DNA from: Candidatus Latescibacterota bacterium | Lineage (GTDB): Bacteria; Latescibacterota; UBA2968 | Assembly: GCA_965208125.1 (NCBI GenBank) | Contig: OZ242320.1 | Location: forward strand, 3,168,001-3,232,000 | Direction: 5' to 3' | Length of the DNA stretch: 64,000 bases | In this document: piece after piece, positions 38,453-48,833 of the stretch | How the letters are laid out: every line of letters begins with the position of its first letter | Numbering within the stretch: the stretch's first letter is position 1 | The notes under the pieces: model-generated | Told to the model about the DNA's origin: nothing | The model's database searches: none | The model's input: only the letters and a program-made list of their open reading frames with translations | Translations under genes and position numbers: made by a program

Positions 38453-40003
38453 ATGTTTTTCAGGTGTTCTCGTTTCGCTTTTCTGATGGGACTGTTTCTG
38501 TCCCGTGATGCATTTGCACAGGAAGCTTTGGCTGGCGAGTCGTCTGGCGCGATACAGATGGTTATTGACGTATTGAATGCAGGCTTAAGTGCGATAACCA
38601 ATTTTCTATCTTCGATTATATTTTTTGATTTTGGCCTGGGTATTCCACTCGTCATTATTGTGCTCGTAGGTGGTGGCATTTATTATTCTTTTTATTGTCG
38701 CTGGATCTCTCTGCGCGGAATGAAACATTCGATTGATGTGATTCGCGGAGGGTATGACAATCCGGATCATCCCGGTGAAATTTCGCATTTTAAGGCTTTG
38801 ACCAGTGCGTTGTCTGCCACTGTGGGCCAGGGGAATATCGCGGGTGTAGCGATTGCAGTGAGTTCTGGGGGGCCTGGTGCTGTTTTCTGGATGATTGTCA
38901 CGGCTTTTTTTGGTATGGCGTCCAAGTTTGTATCCTGTACTCTGTCGGTGATGTACAGAAGAATCCATCCCGATGGGCGCGTGTCGGGTGGTCCGATGTA
39001 CTATCTGGAACAGGGCTTAAAAGAAAAAGGCCTTGGGATTTTGGGGCGCGTGATGGCCGTGATTTTTGCCTTGTTGACAGTTGGCGGTTCTCTGGGCATC
39101 GGCAATATGTTTCAGGTGAATCAGACAGTTGAAATGCTCGGCACTGTATCTGAGGAATTTAAGACCTATAACTGGGTTGTCGGGATTTTAATGGCGGGGG
39201 TAGTGGGCATTGTCATTAGTGGAGGTATCAAGCGCATTGGCACTGTCACAGCGGGCATTGTACCCTTCATGTGTGGGTTGTACGTGCTCACATCCTTTCT
39301 CATTATTCTCGCGCGTATTACCGAATTGCCCAATCTGATTGTGAATATCATTTCCCAGGCGTTTATACCTGAAGCCATATATGGTGGCTTCATGGGAGCC
39401 CTGGTTCAAGGAGTACGCAGGGCGGCTTTTTCCAACGAAGCGGGGTTGGGTTCTGCGGCATTTGCCCATGCGGCAGCCAAAACCGATGAACCCGTGCGTC
39501 AGGGGATAGTGGCGATGATTGGACCATTTATTGACACCGTTATTATATGTTTAATGACGGCATTGGTTTGTATGATTACGGGTGCGTATCTGTTGCCCGA
39601 ATTTCAAGGGCAAAGTGGATATCTCGTGGGAATCCAGATGACATCTGTGGCATTTGATTCGTTCGCGCCCGGGTCGCGTTATGTCATCGCAATTGTGGCA
39701 ATGTTCTTTGCATATACGACGGTGATCGCGTGGGCATATTACGGCGAGCGAGCGTGGGAATATCTTTTTGGATTGCGATCTACTCTGACGTATCGAATTG
39801 TTTTTGTGTGCTTTGTATTTATCGGGTCTGTCACCGCGCTAAAGAGTGTGGTCGATTTTTCTGACGCGATGATTTTTGCAATGGCGTTTCCGAATATTAT
39901 CGGCTGTATTATCATGAGTCCACAGATCAAAGACAGGCTCAACGAATACTGGGGGCGTTACAAGGCGGGTGAGATAAAGGCGTATCCGAGGAACACATAT
40001 TGA
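38453..40003 (+). CDS. Alanine/glycine:cation symporter (AGCS family)
   Basis: 'ALSATVGQGNIAGVA', 'GGPGAVFWM', 'GGPMYYL', 'FSNEAGLGSA', 'GPFIDT'. Confidence 0.93.
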   Translation: MFFRCSRFAFLMGLFLSRDAFAQEALAGESSGAIQMVIDVLNAGLSAITNFLSSIIFFDFGLGIPLVIIVLVGGGIYYSFYCRWISLRGMKHSIDVIRGGYDNPDHPGEISHFKALTSALSATVGQGNIAGVAIAVSSGGPGAVFWMIVTAFFGMASKFVSCTLSVMYRRIHPDGRVSGGPMYYLEQGLKEKGLGILGRVMAVIFALLTVGGSLGIGNMFQVNQTVEMLGTVSEEFKTYNWVVGILMAGVVGIVISGGIKRIGTVTAGIVPFMCGLYVLTSFLIILARITELPNLIVNIISQAFIPEAIYGGFMGALVQGVRRAAFSNEAGLGSAAFAHAAAKTDEPVRQGIVAMIGPFIDTVIICLMTALVCMITGAYLLPEFQGQSGYLVGIQMTSVAFDSFAPGSRYVIAIVAMFFAYTTVIAWAYYGERAWEYLFGLRSTLTYRIVFVCFVFIGSVTALKSVVDFSDAMIFAMAFPNIIGCIIMSPQIKDRLNEYWGRYKAGEIKAYPRNTY

Positions 40004-40290
40004 TAACCCTTATTAAGACAGGTTGACCATCACAGGTGAACCCGTTTTGTTTGTACTAAAAAGGTGAAAGACGAGTAATATGTTATTTTACAACTTGTCG
40101 TGTATTGCGAAATAAGAGTTAAAAAAAGATTTGACTTTCGCATAGACAAGTAATATTTTAGCTGAACTTCTCAATTCCCTGCAAGAATACATCTCGCTAT
40201 GGGGCGCAATGGCTCTTGACCAAAATTTTCTGCTCGCGATGTGCAGCAAGAGCTTTCGTAGATAATTTTCACACATCAGGATATGGATCC

Positions 40291-40629
40291 ATGGAGATTA
40301 AAACCCAAAGAGAAAATGGCATTTTAATCGCGAACGTGAATGGCCGGGTTGATAGTGCCAATGCCCGCGAGTTCGAAAATGTGTTAAGCTCCGCAATCAG
40401 TGACGACGATACATGCGTGGTCGTAGATTTTGGGGGGCTTTCTTACATTAGTAGCTCGGGCCTGCGGGTCATTTTGCTGGTTGCCAAGTCACTCCGGAAT
40501 CGCAATGCGGAATTCGCGCTTTGCTCGCTTTCTGGTCCCATCGGAGAGGTCTTCAAAATCAGCGGATTTGACAAGATCATTTCGATCTACGACTCACAGG
40601 CAGAGGCTTGCGCCGCACTGGGCGGATAA
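40291..40629 (+). CDS. STAS-domain anti-sigma factor antagonist (RsbV-like)
   Basis: 'GRVDSANA', phospho-Ser 'YISSSGLR', 'VFKISGFD'. Confidence 0.92.
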   Translation: MEIKTQRENGILIANVNGRVDSANAREFENVLSSAISDDDTCVVVDFGGLSYISSSGLRVILLVAKSLRNRNAEFALCSLSGPIGEVFKISGFDKIISIYDSQAEACAALGG

Positions 40630-41073
40630 TTCGCTTTATCGCGTGTGCTCTCAAGCCATAGATGAGAGTTTGGCTTGTTTTATATATTGCACAGACCGAT
40701 TTAGACCCGCCATGCTTACTGTGTGCTTCCCCAATCGGGTTGCAAGCGTTATCTGACCCACCAATCCGATTTTCCTGTGTATCTGGTCCATAGATCACTT
40801 TCCAGGGTATTTCTCATGCCCCGTATATCCGCTTTCAAAACCTCCCGAATAACAGCCAACCTTCTACCGGGTGTCGCGCAGTTTGTCATTACAAAATGAC
40901 CGGTCTGGCATCTATCTACTTTAGTAACTCTCCCCGGAACCCTTTCCACACAAGTGAGTAAAAAAGATAGGTCCATTAAGCGAGGACTTTTGCTATCGCA
41001 ATCATTAGTGCTCCGATCAAATAATGCACAACATCAGTATAAGTAAGACACCATTAATCTAAGAGGCGCGTAT

Positions 41074-42243
41074 ATGAAAAAGGCGCAATACAAAATACTC
41101 GTGGTTGATGATGAACCCGATCTCGAACATCTCGTAAGGCAGCGCATGCGGCGCGATGTTCGCGCCGGGCACTACGAATTCGTCTTTGCCTACAACGGCA
41201 TTGAGGCTCTCGAGGTGCTGAACGCGGATCCGGATATCGATATGGTGCTCTCGGACATCAATATGCCGCGGATGGATGGCCTCACGTTGCTCGAACAGAT
41301 GCCGACAGTCGATCCAGACCTCCGGGCTGTCATTGTCTCGGCTTATGGCGATATGAAAAATATCCGTACGGCCATGAATCGGGGGGCGTTCGACTTTGTT
41401 ACCAAGCCCATTGATTTTCAGGATTTGAGGGTCACAATTGAGCGCACTTTGGAACACCTGCAGATGTGGCGCGAGGCTGTGGCTTCGCGGGATAAGTTGG
41501 TGGCACTGCAAAACGAGCTTCGCGTTGCCCATGATATGCAGCAGTCTATCCTGCCGAAGACCTTTCCAGACAAAGCTGAATATCAGGTGTTTGGAAACAT
41601 GGAGCCTGCACGCGAAGTGGGGGGCGATTTTTTTGATATTATCAATCTGGAAAACGACCGTGTCGGTCTGGCAATTGCCGATGTTTCTGACAAGGGTGTA
41701 CCGGCTGCTCTATTCATGATGTCCAGTCGCACGTTGATGAAAGGAGCTGCAATTGGCAGATCGAGTCCGGCCGAGGTGTTGAGCGAGGTCAATAGTCTCC
41801 TGCAGGAAGACAACGACGCAGCGATGTTTGTCACCGTGTTTTATGCCGAATATAACCCGGCGGATGGGTCGCTGTCTTACGCCAACGGAGGGCACAATCC
41901 CCCGGTCCTCGTCCACGCGGATGGCAGCTCGACTGTGCTCCCCCAGACCAACGGAATTGCTCTGGGTATCATGCCAGATGTTGAATACGAACAAAACTCA
42001 GTCACTCTGTCGCCTGGCGATGCCCTTGTGCTCTACACAGATGGTGTCACCGAAGCCATGAATGCCCAGAATGAGGAGTTTGAGATGGAGCGCTTGTGTG
42101 CGGTATTGTCCGAGTATTGTTCGTGTGATGTCCGCGAAATTAATCAGGCAGTTTTTCAAGCTGTGCAGGCATTTGCGGGTGATATGCCCCAGTTCGACGA
42201 TATGACCTGTATGACACTTTTTTGTAGAGAGATAGGAATATGA
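41074..42243 (+). CDS. Response regulator receiver + PP2C/SpoIIE phosphatase (RsbU/RsbY-like)
   Basis: REC 'VVDDE', 'SDINMP', 'TKP'; PP2C 'VGGDFFD', 'ADVSDKG', 'YTDGVTEA', 'DDMT'. Confidence 0.93.
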   Translation: MKKAQYKILVVDDEPDLEHLVRQRMRRDVRAGHYEFVFAYNGIEALEVLNADPDIDMVLSDINMPRMDGLTLLEQMPTVDPDLRAVIVSAYGDMKNIRTAMNRGAFDFVTKPIDFQDLRVTIERTLEHLQMWREAVASRDKLVALQNELRVAHDMQQSILPKTFPDKAEYQVFGNMEPAREVGGDFFDIINLENDRVGLAIADVSDKGVPAALFMMSSRTLMKGAAIGRSSPAEVLSEVNSLLQEDNDAAMFVTVFYAEYNPADGSLSYANGGHNPPVLVHADGSSTVLPQTNGIALGIMPDVEYEQNSVTLSPGDALVLYTDGVTEAMNAQNEEFEMERLCAVLSEYCSCDVREINQAVFQAVQAFAGDMPQFDDMTCMTLFCREIGI

Positions 42244-42662
42244 AGGTGAAACGTTCTCTATGTATTGCGTCGGATCTCAACGAGTTGGAGCGGCTTCACG
42301 ATGCCGTGGCAGAACTCGGCGAGGCGGGGGATTGGCCCCCCGATCTCGTGTATCAGGTTGATCTCGTCCTCGAAGAATTGATCGTCAATACTGTGAACTA
42401 CGGGTACGACGACGATGCACGCCACGAGATTGAGGTCACGCTGACCTCGGATGAGGATGTCTTTACAGTTGAGATTATAGACGACGGGCATGCCTTCAAT
42501 CCACTGAGTGACGCTCCCGAACCAGACCTGGACGCAGGGATAGAAGATCGGCCGATAGGGGGGCTTGGCATCCATCTGATGCGCGTTATGATGGACGATG
42601 TACACTATCGCCGCGAGCAGAATAAGAATCATCTTACTCTGATTAAGCGGAGGAATGGATGA
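42240..42662 (+). CDS. Anti-sigma factor Ser/Thr kinase (RsbW-like, HATPase_c_2)
   Basis: N box 'EELIVN', G1 'IDDG', G2 'GGLGIHL'. Confidence 0.92.
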   Translation: MKVKRSLCIASDLNELERLHDAVAELGEAGDWPPDLVYQVDLVLEELIVNTVNYGYDDDARHEIEVTLTSDEDVFTVEIIDDGHAFNPLSDAPEPDLDAGIEDRPIGGLGIHLMRVMMDDVHYRREQNKNHLTLIKRRNG

Positions 42663-43831
42663 GCAGTACGCGCTACAGTTGTGCGGTTTTATTACTCGTC
42701 TTGCTGATTGTAGAAATTCGCGCGGAAGAATCCGGAATCTCTGACGAGCGCATCCTTTTTGGGCAATCCGCCGCCTTTAGTGGCCCCGCTCAAGAATTGG
42801 GTAAGGACATGCGGATTGGTATTGAGGCAGCTTTTCAGGAGGCCAACGCGCGGGGCGGCGTGCATGGTCGGCAGCTAATATTGTTGTCTCTCGATGACGC
42901 ATACGAACCCGAAGCTGCCATCGCGAACACCCGTCGCCTGATTGAACAGGAAGGGATTTTTGCGCTGATCGGTGCTGTCGGTACGCCTACATCGCTCTCT
43001 GCCACCCCTGTGGCCGCAGCTGCTGACGTCCCCTACATCGCCCCCTTTACCGGTGCTGCCTTCTTGCGTGAAGATAGGTGGCAAAACGTGATTAATCTGC
43101 GGGCGTCTTATAATCAGGAGACCGAGGCTATGGTCGCTCGCTTGACCACAGACCTGGGTATTAAACGCATTGCCGTTATGTACCAGGATGACTCTTTTGG
43201 TCGGGCGGGTTATCGCGGCGTGCGGCAGGCACTTGAGCGGCGTAGCATGGAACCTGTGGCAATAGGGGTGTACCAGCGCAATACCACGGCGGTGAAGACA
43301 GGTCTGCTCAATCTGCATAGTGCAAACCCCGATGCAGTCATCCTGATAGGGGCCTACCGGCCGGTGGCAACGCTGATTGCCTGGGCGCGACACATAGGGA
43401 TGGATCCCGTATTCATGACCATCTCCTTTGTGGGCAGCAATGCGTTGGCCAGGGAACTCGGTCGCGGTGGTGCTGGGGTCTTCGTTACTCAGGTCGTACC
43501 TTTTCCAACAGATAACACTCTCCCCGTTGGTATTGCCTATCGTCGTGCCCTAACGGCCCACGCCCCCGAAGCGACTCCTGGTTTTGTCTCCTACGAAGGC
43601 TATTTGGCGGGCCGATTGGCTATCGCTGCCCTCGAACGCTGTGGGGAAGAGGTTAACCGCACCCGGTTTCTCAAGAGTTTGCGCGGTGCAGATACTATTG
43701 ATCTGGACGGCTTTGAACTTCGCTATGGCGCAAATGACAATCAGGGTTCAGATGCTGTCTTTATCACTGTGATTGGCACAGATGGCAGTTATCGCTCGAT
43801 CCAAACTCTGCGGGACGCAATAAAGCCATGA
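42659..43831 (+). CDS. Periplasmic binding protein (LivK/PBP6-like)
   Basis: Signal peptide, 'GQSAAFSGPA', 'GGVHGR', 'DDAYEP', 'VGTPT', 'NLRASY'. Confidence 0.9.
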   Translation: MSSTRYSCAVLLLVLLIVEIRAEESGISDERILFGQSAAFSGPAQELGKDMRIGIEAAFQEANARGGVHGRQLILLSLDDAYEPEAAIANTRRLIEQEGIFALIGAVGTPTSLSATPVAAAADVPYIAPFTGAAFLREDRWQNVINLRASYNQETEAMVARLTTDLGIKRIAVMYQDDSFGRAGYRGVRQALERRSMEPVAIGVYQRNTTAVKTGLLNLHSANPDAVILIGAYRPVATLIAWARHIGMDPVFMTISFVGSNALARELGRGGAGVFVTQVVPFPTDNTLPVGIAYRRALTAHAPEATPGFVSYEGYLAGRLAIAALERCGEEVNRTRFLKSLRGADTIDLDGFELRYGANDNQGSDAVFITVIGTDGSYRSIQTLRDAIKP

Positions 43832-45990
43832 TCGACATACTAAAACACCTGCTTGAAGGCCGCTACCGAATCTCGACGCAACTCTATTTGGGTATTGGTG
43901 GTGCTGTTGTCCTCACTATGGGGGCGAGTCTGGTTGGCTGGTTTTCCTTCAACAGCGTGGGTGACGCGCAAAGTCGCGTGAATGAAGGCAGTGTGCCCGG
44001 AATGGCAGCCGCATTTGGCGTCGCTCAACAAAGCGGTGCCATTGTAGCCGCAGCACCGCGTCTAATCGCTGCTGCAACGCCAGAGACATTTAATCAGGTT
44101 ATTGCCGAGATCGCCACAGAGCGAAACACTTTTGAAGCGCAGTTGGCGGCTCTGACGCAGCAAGGTGAAGAAGAGGAACGCTTCAGTCGCATTCGCGCCC
44201 AGGGTGGTACTCTGATCTCAAATATTGAGGCAATTGAAAGTTCAGTAGCCGAGCTTTTTGTGCTGCAAGAACGGAGTGAAGCCCTGCGTGCAGAACTGGT
44301 TAAAGTGCGCAACGAACTGGTTGGTGTCATGGTTCCGCTTATTGACGACCAGTTGTTCTACGCTGTGACGGGGTATCGCAATCTCGGCGAAGCACCCGCG
44401 TCGCCTGCACAGCACTTGTCGAGACAAGAGTTCGACCACTATCGCCATCTGGCTGCATTGCAAGCAGACGCCACCACAGCAATCCAGCTTCTGTCGAGTG
44501 CTTTCAATCTTTCAGATGCGCCCCTGATTGAGCCATTGCGGGAGCGATTTGAGGCAGCTAAAGACAGGATTGAATGGAGTTTGTCGGCACTCGGAACGGC
44601 CCGTGCGCGCAGTCAGATCGCTCCGATATGTGCCCGCCTGTACCAGTTGGGGCTGGGGGAAGAAGGGGGCTTCGACCTGCGTACACGAGAACTCGAACAC
44701 GTCGCGCACCAGCGGGACCTGCTCGCACGCAATCAGTCTCTTGCCCTTAATCTGGTCGCCGAAGCCGAAGGGCTGGTAAATGCTGCCCGCATAAGTGCCA
44801 AGGAAGCCACCCTCGCTTCCACACTGGCCATCGGCACCGGGCGCAGTCTTCTATTGGTTTTGAATGTGATCAGCATTACTGGCGCGTTGTTGATCGCCTA
44901 TTTATTCGTGGGACGCATGCTATTGCCCCGTCTCGAGCGACTATCCGAGCGGATGCGCCGCATGGCTGATGGCGACCTGGAGGGCAAGGTCGAGATCGGT
45001 GGGAACGACGAGGTGGCAGACATGGCTGCAGCCCTTGAAGTCTTTCGCCGCCACGCTCTGGAGGTGCAGCGCCTGAATCTGGTGGAAAAACTGGCAGAAG
45101 AGTTGCAATCTAAAAACGAAGAGCTCGAAAAGGTGCTGGAGGATTTGCAGGTGGCGCAGGACCAGATTGTTATGCGCGAGAAATTGGCCGCGCTCGGCGA
45201 ACTCACTGCAGGTGTGGCGCACGAGATCAAGAATCCGCTGAATTTTGTGAAAAACTTCTCGGAAGCGTCGGAAGAGCTCATGGAGGAACTGGTGGAGGTA
45301 CTGGACGAAAGTCCCGAAGCACTGAGCGAGGAGCAGCGCGAATTGGTTGACGAGATATGCCAGGACCTCACCGACAACATGGGGCGCATCCTCCAACACG
45401 GCACCCGCGCCGACCGCATTGTTCACGATATGCTCATGATGGGGCGCGGCTCTGGTGAGAAACAGTCCATTGAAATCAATAATCTGCTCGATGAACACGC
45501 CCGCCTTGCCTACCATAGCGCACGGGCGACTGACGCGGATTTCAACTTGACTATTGAGACGGATTTAGATCCAGATGCGGGGCAAATTGAGGTCGTGCCG
45601 CAGGACCTGGGGCGCGTCTTTCTCAACATGGTAGGCAATGCCTGTTACGCTACCGATGAGAAACGGCGTGCTATCGAAGCAGATAATGGTGAGACCTATT
45701 TTCCGACCCTGTCGCTGAGTACCAGACGCATGGATGATCGGATAGAGGTGAGCATAAGAGATAACGGGAATGGGATTCCGCCCGAGGTTGTCGATAAAAT
45801 TTTTAATCCTTTTTTTACGACCAAACCGACAGATAAGGGCACGGGTCTTGGCCTTGCCCTTTCCAATGATATTGTGCGCGAACACGGGGGAAATATCCGG
45901 GTGGTATCCGAACCCGGTGAATTCACCGAGATGATAGTAGAATTGCCTTTGGTGCCGCCCGCAGTGACGACTGAAGAGGTAGCGAGATAG
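43828..45990 (+). CDS. Sensor histidine kinase with TorS-like periplasmic domain and HAMP
   Basis: 2 TM, long helical sensor domain, HAMP 'GNDEVADMAAAL', 'AHEIKNPLNF', N/G boxes 'DNGNG','FFTTK','GTGLGL'. Confidence 0.9.
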   Translation: MIDILKHLLEGRYRISTQLYLGIGGAVVLTMGASLVGWFSFNSVGDAQSRVNEGSVPGMAAAFGVAQQSGAIVAAAPRLIAAATPETFNQVIAEIATERNTFEAQLAALTQQGEEEERFSRIRAQGGTLISNIEAIESSVAELFVLQERSEALRAELVKVRNELVGVMVPLIDDQLFYAVTGYRNLGEAPASPAQHLSRQEFDHYRHLAALQADATTAIQLLSSAFNLSDAPLIEPLRERFEAAKDRIEWSLSALGTARARSQIAPICARLYQLGLGEEGGFDLRTRELEHVAHQRDLLARNQSLALNLVAEAEGLVNAARISAKEATLASTLAIGTGRSLLLVLNVISITGALLIAYLFVGRMLLPRLERLSERMRRMADGDLEGKVEIGGNDEVADMAAALEVFRRHALEVQRLNLVEKLAEELQSKNEELEKVLEDLQVAQDQIVMREKLAALGELTAGVAHEIKNPLNFVKNFSEASEELMEELVEVLDESPEALSEEQRELVDEICQDLTDNMGRILQHGTRADRIVHDMLMMGRGSGEKQSIEINNLLDEHARLAYHSARATDADFNLTIETDLDPDAGQIEVVPQDLGRVFLNMVGNACYATDEKRRAIEADNGETYFPTLSLSTRRMDDRIEVSIRDNGNGIPPEVVDKIFNPFFTTKPTDKGTGLGLALSNDIVREHGGNIRVVSEPGEFTEMIVELPLVPPAVTTEEVAR

Positions 45991-46034
45991 AAGGGAGTGG
46001 AGGCACTGTTCCATCATTATGGGAGGGAATAGCT

Positions 46035-47417
46035 ATGCGAACGTTCTTGAATATCTTTATTTATCGCCGGTTTACCAATCTGGTGGGAAAAACACTCGCG
46101 GTACTCGGCCTCCTTGCGTGTGCTACAACCGCCGCGCACGCAGCGGTTGACGAGGAAACGCTGTTTGTCTTCAACACCTTCTCATTCCTTATTTGGGGCG
46201 TGTTGGTGATGTGGATGTGCGCGGGATTTACCATGCTCGAGTCAGGTTCTGTGCGCACCAAGAATGCCTCCATGATTTGCTTGAAGAATATCGGCCTTTA
46301 TTCTATTGCCGGGCTTGCCTACTATTTCATCGGCTATAATCTCATGTACGTCGATGTGGAGAGTGTGATCGGTTCATTTAAGTTTTTATACGGACCGTCA
46401 GGCGATGAGATTGCTTTGATAGCGGGCAATGAGGCCGCGAAGGCGGCAGTGGTTAAGAACGGCTATTCCACCATGTCCGACTGGTTTTTCCAGATGGTCT
46501 TTGTCGCGACCACTGCGTCCATTGTCTCTGGAGCTCTGGCCGAACGAGTCAAGATATGGTCCTTTTTCCTTTTTATTCTGGTGCTGACAGCGATTATCTA
46601 TCCCGTCGTCGGTGCGTGGACCTGGGGCGAGGGATGGCTAAGTGCGATGGGGTTCAAAGATTTTGCTGGTTCGACCATCGTGCATAGCACCGGTGGTTGG
46701 GCCGCTCTTGCCGGTGCGATAGTCGTTGGGCCGAGGTTCGGCAAATTCCGCAGTGATGGTACAGTTAAATCCACGCCTCCCTCAAATATTTTGATAGTAA
46801 CATTGGGCGTCTTCATCCTGTGGTTCGGGTGGTTTGGCTTCAACGGCGGGTCGCAACTGGCATTGGGAAGCGCGCTTGACGTGGTCGCGATGAGTCATGT
46901 GCTGGTCAATACCAATTTGGGAGCTGCAGCCGGTGTTATGGCAGCTCTCTTAGTTTCTCGTCCCATCCTGGGACGCATAGATCTGTTTGCAGGGCTGAAT
47001 GGCGCAATCGCCGGTCTGGTGTCGATTACTGCGGGACCTGATATTGTTGAGCACTACTGGGCGGTCGTTATTGGTGCCATTGGCGCGGTTTTGTGTACTG
47101 CGGGGATCAAGTTTCTGGAAAAAATCAAGCTGGATGATGTGGTAGGGGCGATACCGGCTCACTTGTTCGCCGGTATCTGGGGCACCATAGCGGTCTGCAT
47201 CGCTGGCGGTGGCAACTTAGGCGTACAATTGATCGGCATCGTAGCGATTGGCGCATTCGTGTTTGTGACTTCGTGGGTGTTGTGGCGCGCGATTGATATG
47301 ACGTTGAGTGTGCGCGTGTCGCGCCAGGTCGAGCAATTGGGGCAGGATGTTGGAGAATTGGGAATTGATGCCTATCCCGAATTTGTGCTTATGCCAGAAG
47401 AAGATGATGAGGAATAA
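46035..47417 (+). CDS. amt: Ammonium transporter (Amt family)
   Basis: 'FFQMVF', 'DFAGSTIVH', 'LWFGWFGFNGGS', 'DDVVGAIPAH' (twin His retained). Confidence 0.95.
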   Translation: MRTFLNIFIYRRFTNLVGKTLAVLGLLACATTAAHAAVDEETLFVFNTFSFLIWGVLVMWMCAGFTMLESGSVRTKNASMICLKNIGLYSIAGLAYYFIGYNLMYVDVESVIGSFKFLYGPSGDEIALIAGNEAAKAAVVKNGYSTMSDWFFQMVFVATTASIVSGALAERVKIWSFFLFILVLTAIIYPVVGAWTWGEGWLSAMGFKDFAGSTIVHSTGGWAALAGAIVVGPRFGKFRSDGTVKSTPPSNILIVTLGVFILWFGWFGFNGGSQLALGSALDVVAMSHVLVNTNLGAAAGVMAALLVSRPILGRIDLFAGLNGAIAGLVSITAGPDIVEHYWAVVIGAIGAVLCTAGIKFLEKIKLDDVVGAIPAHLFAGIWGTIAVCIAGGGNLGVQLIGIVAIGAFVFVTSWVLWRAIDMTLSVRVSRQVEQLGQDVGELGIDAYPEFVLMPEEDDEE

Positions 47418-48358
47418 GCGCTGGCAAGAATCTTCTGCATATCCCCGGGGGGGCGTGCTCGAAAGACCATTTCTTCTTTTGTTACGGGATGCACAAATGT
47501 CAATTGAGTCGCGTGGAGCATCTGTCGATTAGTTTGTGCGAGCAGGTGGGCTGCTCTCCTGCGAAACAGGGGGGCAATCCCAGACAGCCGCTCCTCGCGT
47601 CCGCCGTATAGCAGGTCGCCAAATACAGGACGATTGAGATGCGCCAGATGTACTCTGATCTGGTGTGTACGACCCGTTTCCAGCGCGAGAGATAGCAAAG
47701 AGAGAAAATCGTAACGCGCCCTTATTTTCCAGTGCGTTGCCGCAAATCTCCCATTCTGAGAAACAGCCATTCGCTTTCGATCTTTTGGATGTCTTCCCAC
47801 AGGTGCTTCTACGCGCCCTTCATCTGCTTCAAAGCCCCCCCATATCAACGCGAGATAACGCCGCTCCATCGCTCGAGCTTCCAACTGGGCAGCCAATCCG
47901 CGGTGCCCTTCATCACTTTTGGCAACGACCATTAGCCCCGATGTGTCTTTGTCCAACCGATGTACAATACCCGGTCGCAAAACCCCATTGATACCCGATA
48001 AATGCGTGCAATGTGACAGGAGGGCATTGACGAGTGTTCCCGAGGTCACGGCCCCTGCAGGGTGTACTATCATACCCGCAGGTTTGTCGAGTACCAGCAC
48101 ATGATCATCTTCAAAAAAAACATCCAGAGGAATATCCTCTGGATTAATTGCACTATCTATTGGAGGGGGTATATCTATTGTGATGTTATCGCCAGCCACC
48201 ACCCGATAGCTCGACCGCGTCGTCTTTTCATTGAGGCAAACAGCACCCTCGGCAATTAGTTTTTGAAGGCGTGAACGCGAAAGTTCGGGGCGTTGATCGG
48301 CCAAATAGCGGTCCAGACGCTGGCCTTCATGTTGAGGCAGAATTTTTAGATGAATCAC
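47372..48358 (-). CDS. rluD: RluA/RluD family 23S rRNA pseudouridine synthase
   Basis: S4 domain 'RLDRYLA', 'KPAGMIVHP', 'HRLDKDTSG', 'TGRTHQIRVH'; GTG start chosen. Confidence 0.9.
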   Translation of the reverse strand: MIHLKILPQHEGQRLDRYLADQRPELSRSRLQKLIAEGAVCLNEKTTRSSYRVVAGDNITIDIPPPIDSAINPEDIPLDVFFEDDHVLVLDKPAGMIVHPAGAVTSGTLVNALLSHCTHLSGINGVLRPGIVHRLDKDTSGLMVVAKSDEGHRGLAAQLEARAMERRYLALIWGGFEADEGRVEAPVGRHPKDRKRMAVSQNGRFAATHWKIRARYDFLSLLSLALETGRTHQIRVHLAHLNRPVFGDLLYGGREERLSGIAPLFRRRAAHLLAQTNRQMLHATQLTFVHPVTKEEMVFRARPPGDMQKILASAYSSSSSSGISTNSG

Positions 48359-48830
48359 GGTTGTACACCGTCTTACGGTGTTTAGGTGTGATGCCAAAAG
48401 CAAAAATTAAGAGGGCGGTTCCCACACTGACGCAGGCATCCGCGAGGTTAAAAACCCACCACCGAGCACTTCCAATGCCAAAATCGAGAAAATCAATTAC
48501 GACACCGAAGCGCACGCGGTCGATGATATTGCCGATTGCACCTCCCAGTACCAGAGTCAAACCAATGGTTGCGAGGCGGTCTTCGGGAGAGATACGCCAC
48601 AGCAACCCACCAACCACTATGAGTGCCACACAAGCCAGTAGCAGATGCAGGTATGGGTTGCCCAATCGGATGCCGAATACTGCACCTGGATTGTGAATAT
48701 AGGTCAGCTTAAAAAAAGATCCCAATACCGGTACAGATTCGCCCAGGGTCATGGTTTGCAACACCCACCATTTTGTAAATTGGTCCAGCACCAATGCCAC
48801 ACCTGTAATCCACAAAAATTTCACAAGCAT
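48327..48830 (-). CDS. lspA: Lipoprotein signal peptidase
   Basis: 'DQFTK', 'NPGAVFG', 'GGAIGNIIDR', 'VIDF', 'FNLAD'. Confidence 0.95.
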   Translation of the reverse strand: MLVKFLWITGVALVLDQFTKWWVLQTMTLGESVPVLGSFFKLTYIHNPGAVFGIRLGNPYLHLLLACVALIVVGGLLWRISPEDRLATIGLTLVLGGAIGNIIDRVRFGVVIDFLDFGIGSARWWVFNLADACVSVGTALLIFAFGITPKHRKTVYNRDSSKNSAST

Positions 48831-48833
48831 ACC

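Noticed and set aside
40900-41035. Sigma54 promoter or NtrC sites before REC-PP2C and amt
   Set aside because: TGGCA and TTGC elements lack GG-N10-GC spacing; TGCAC half-sites are not correctly paired
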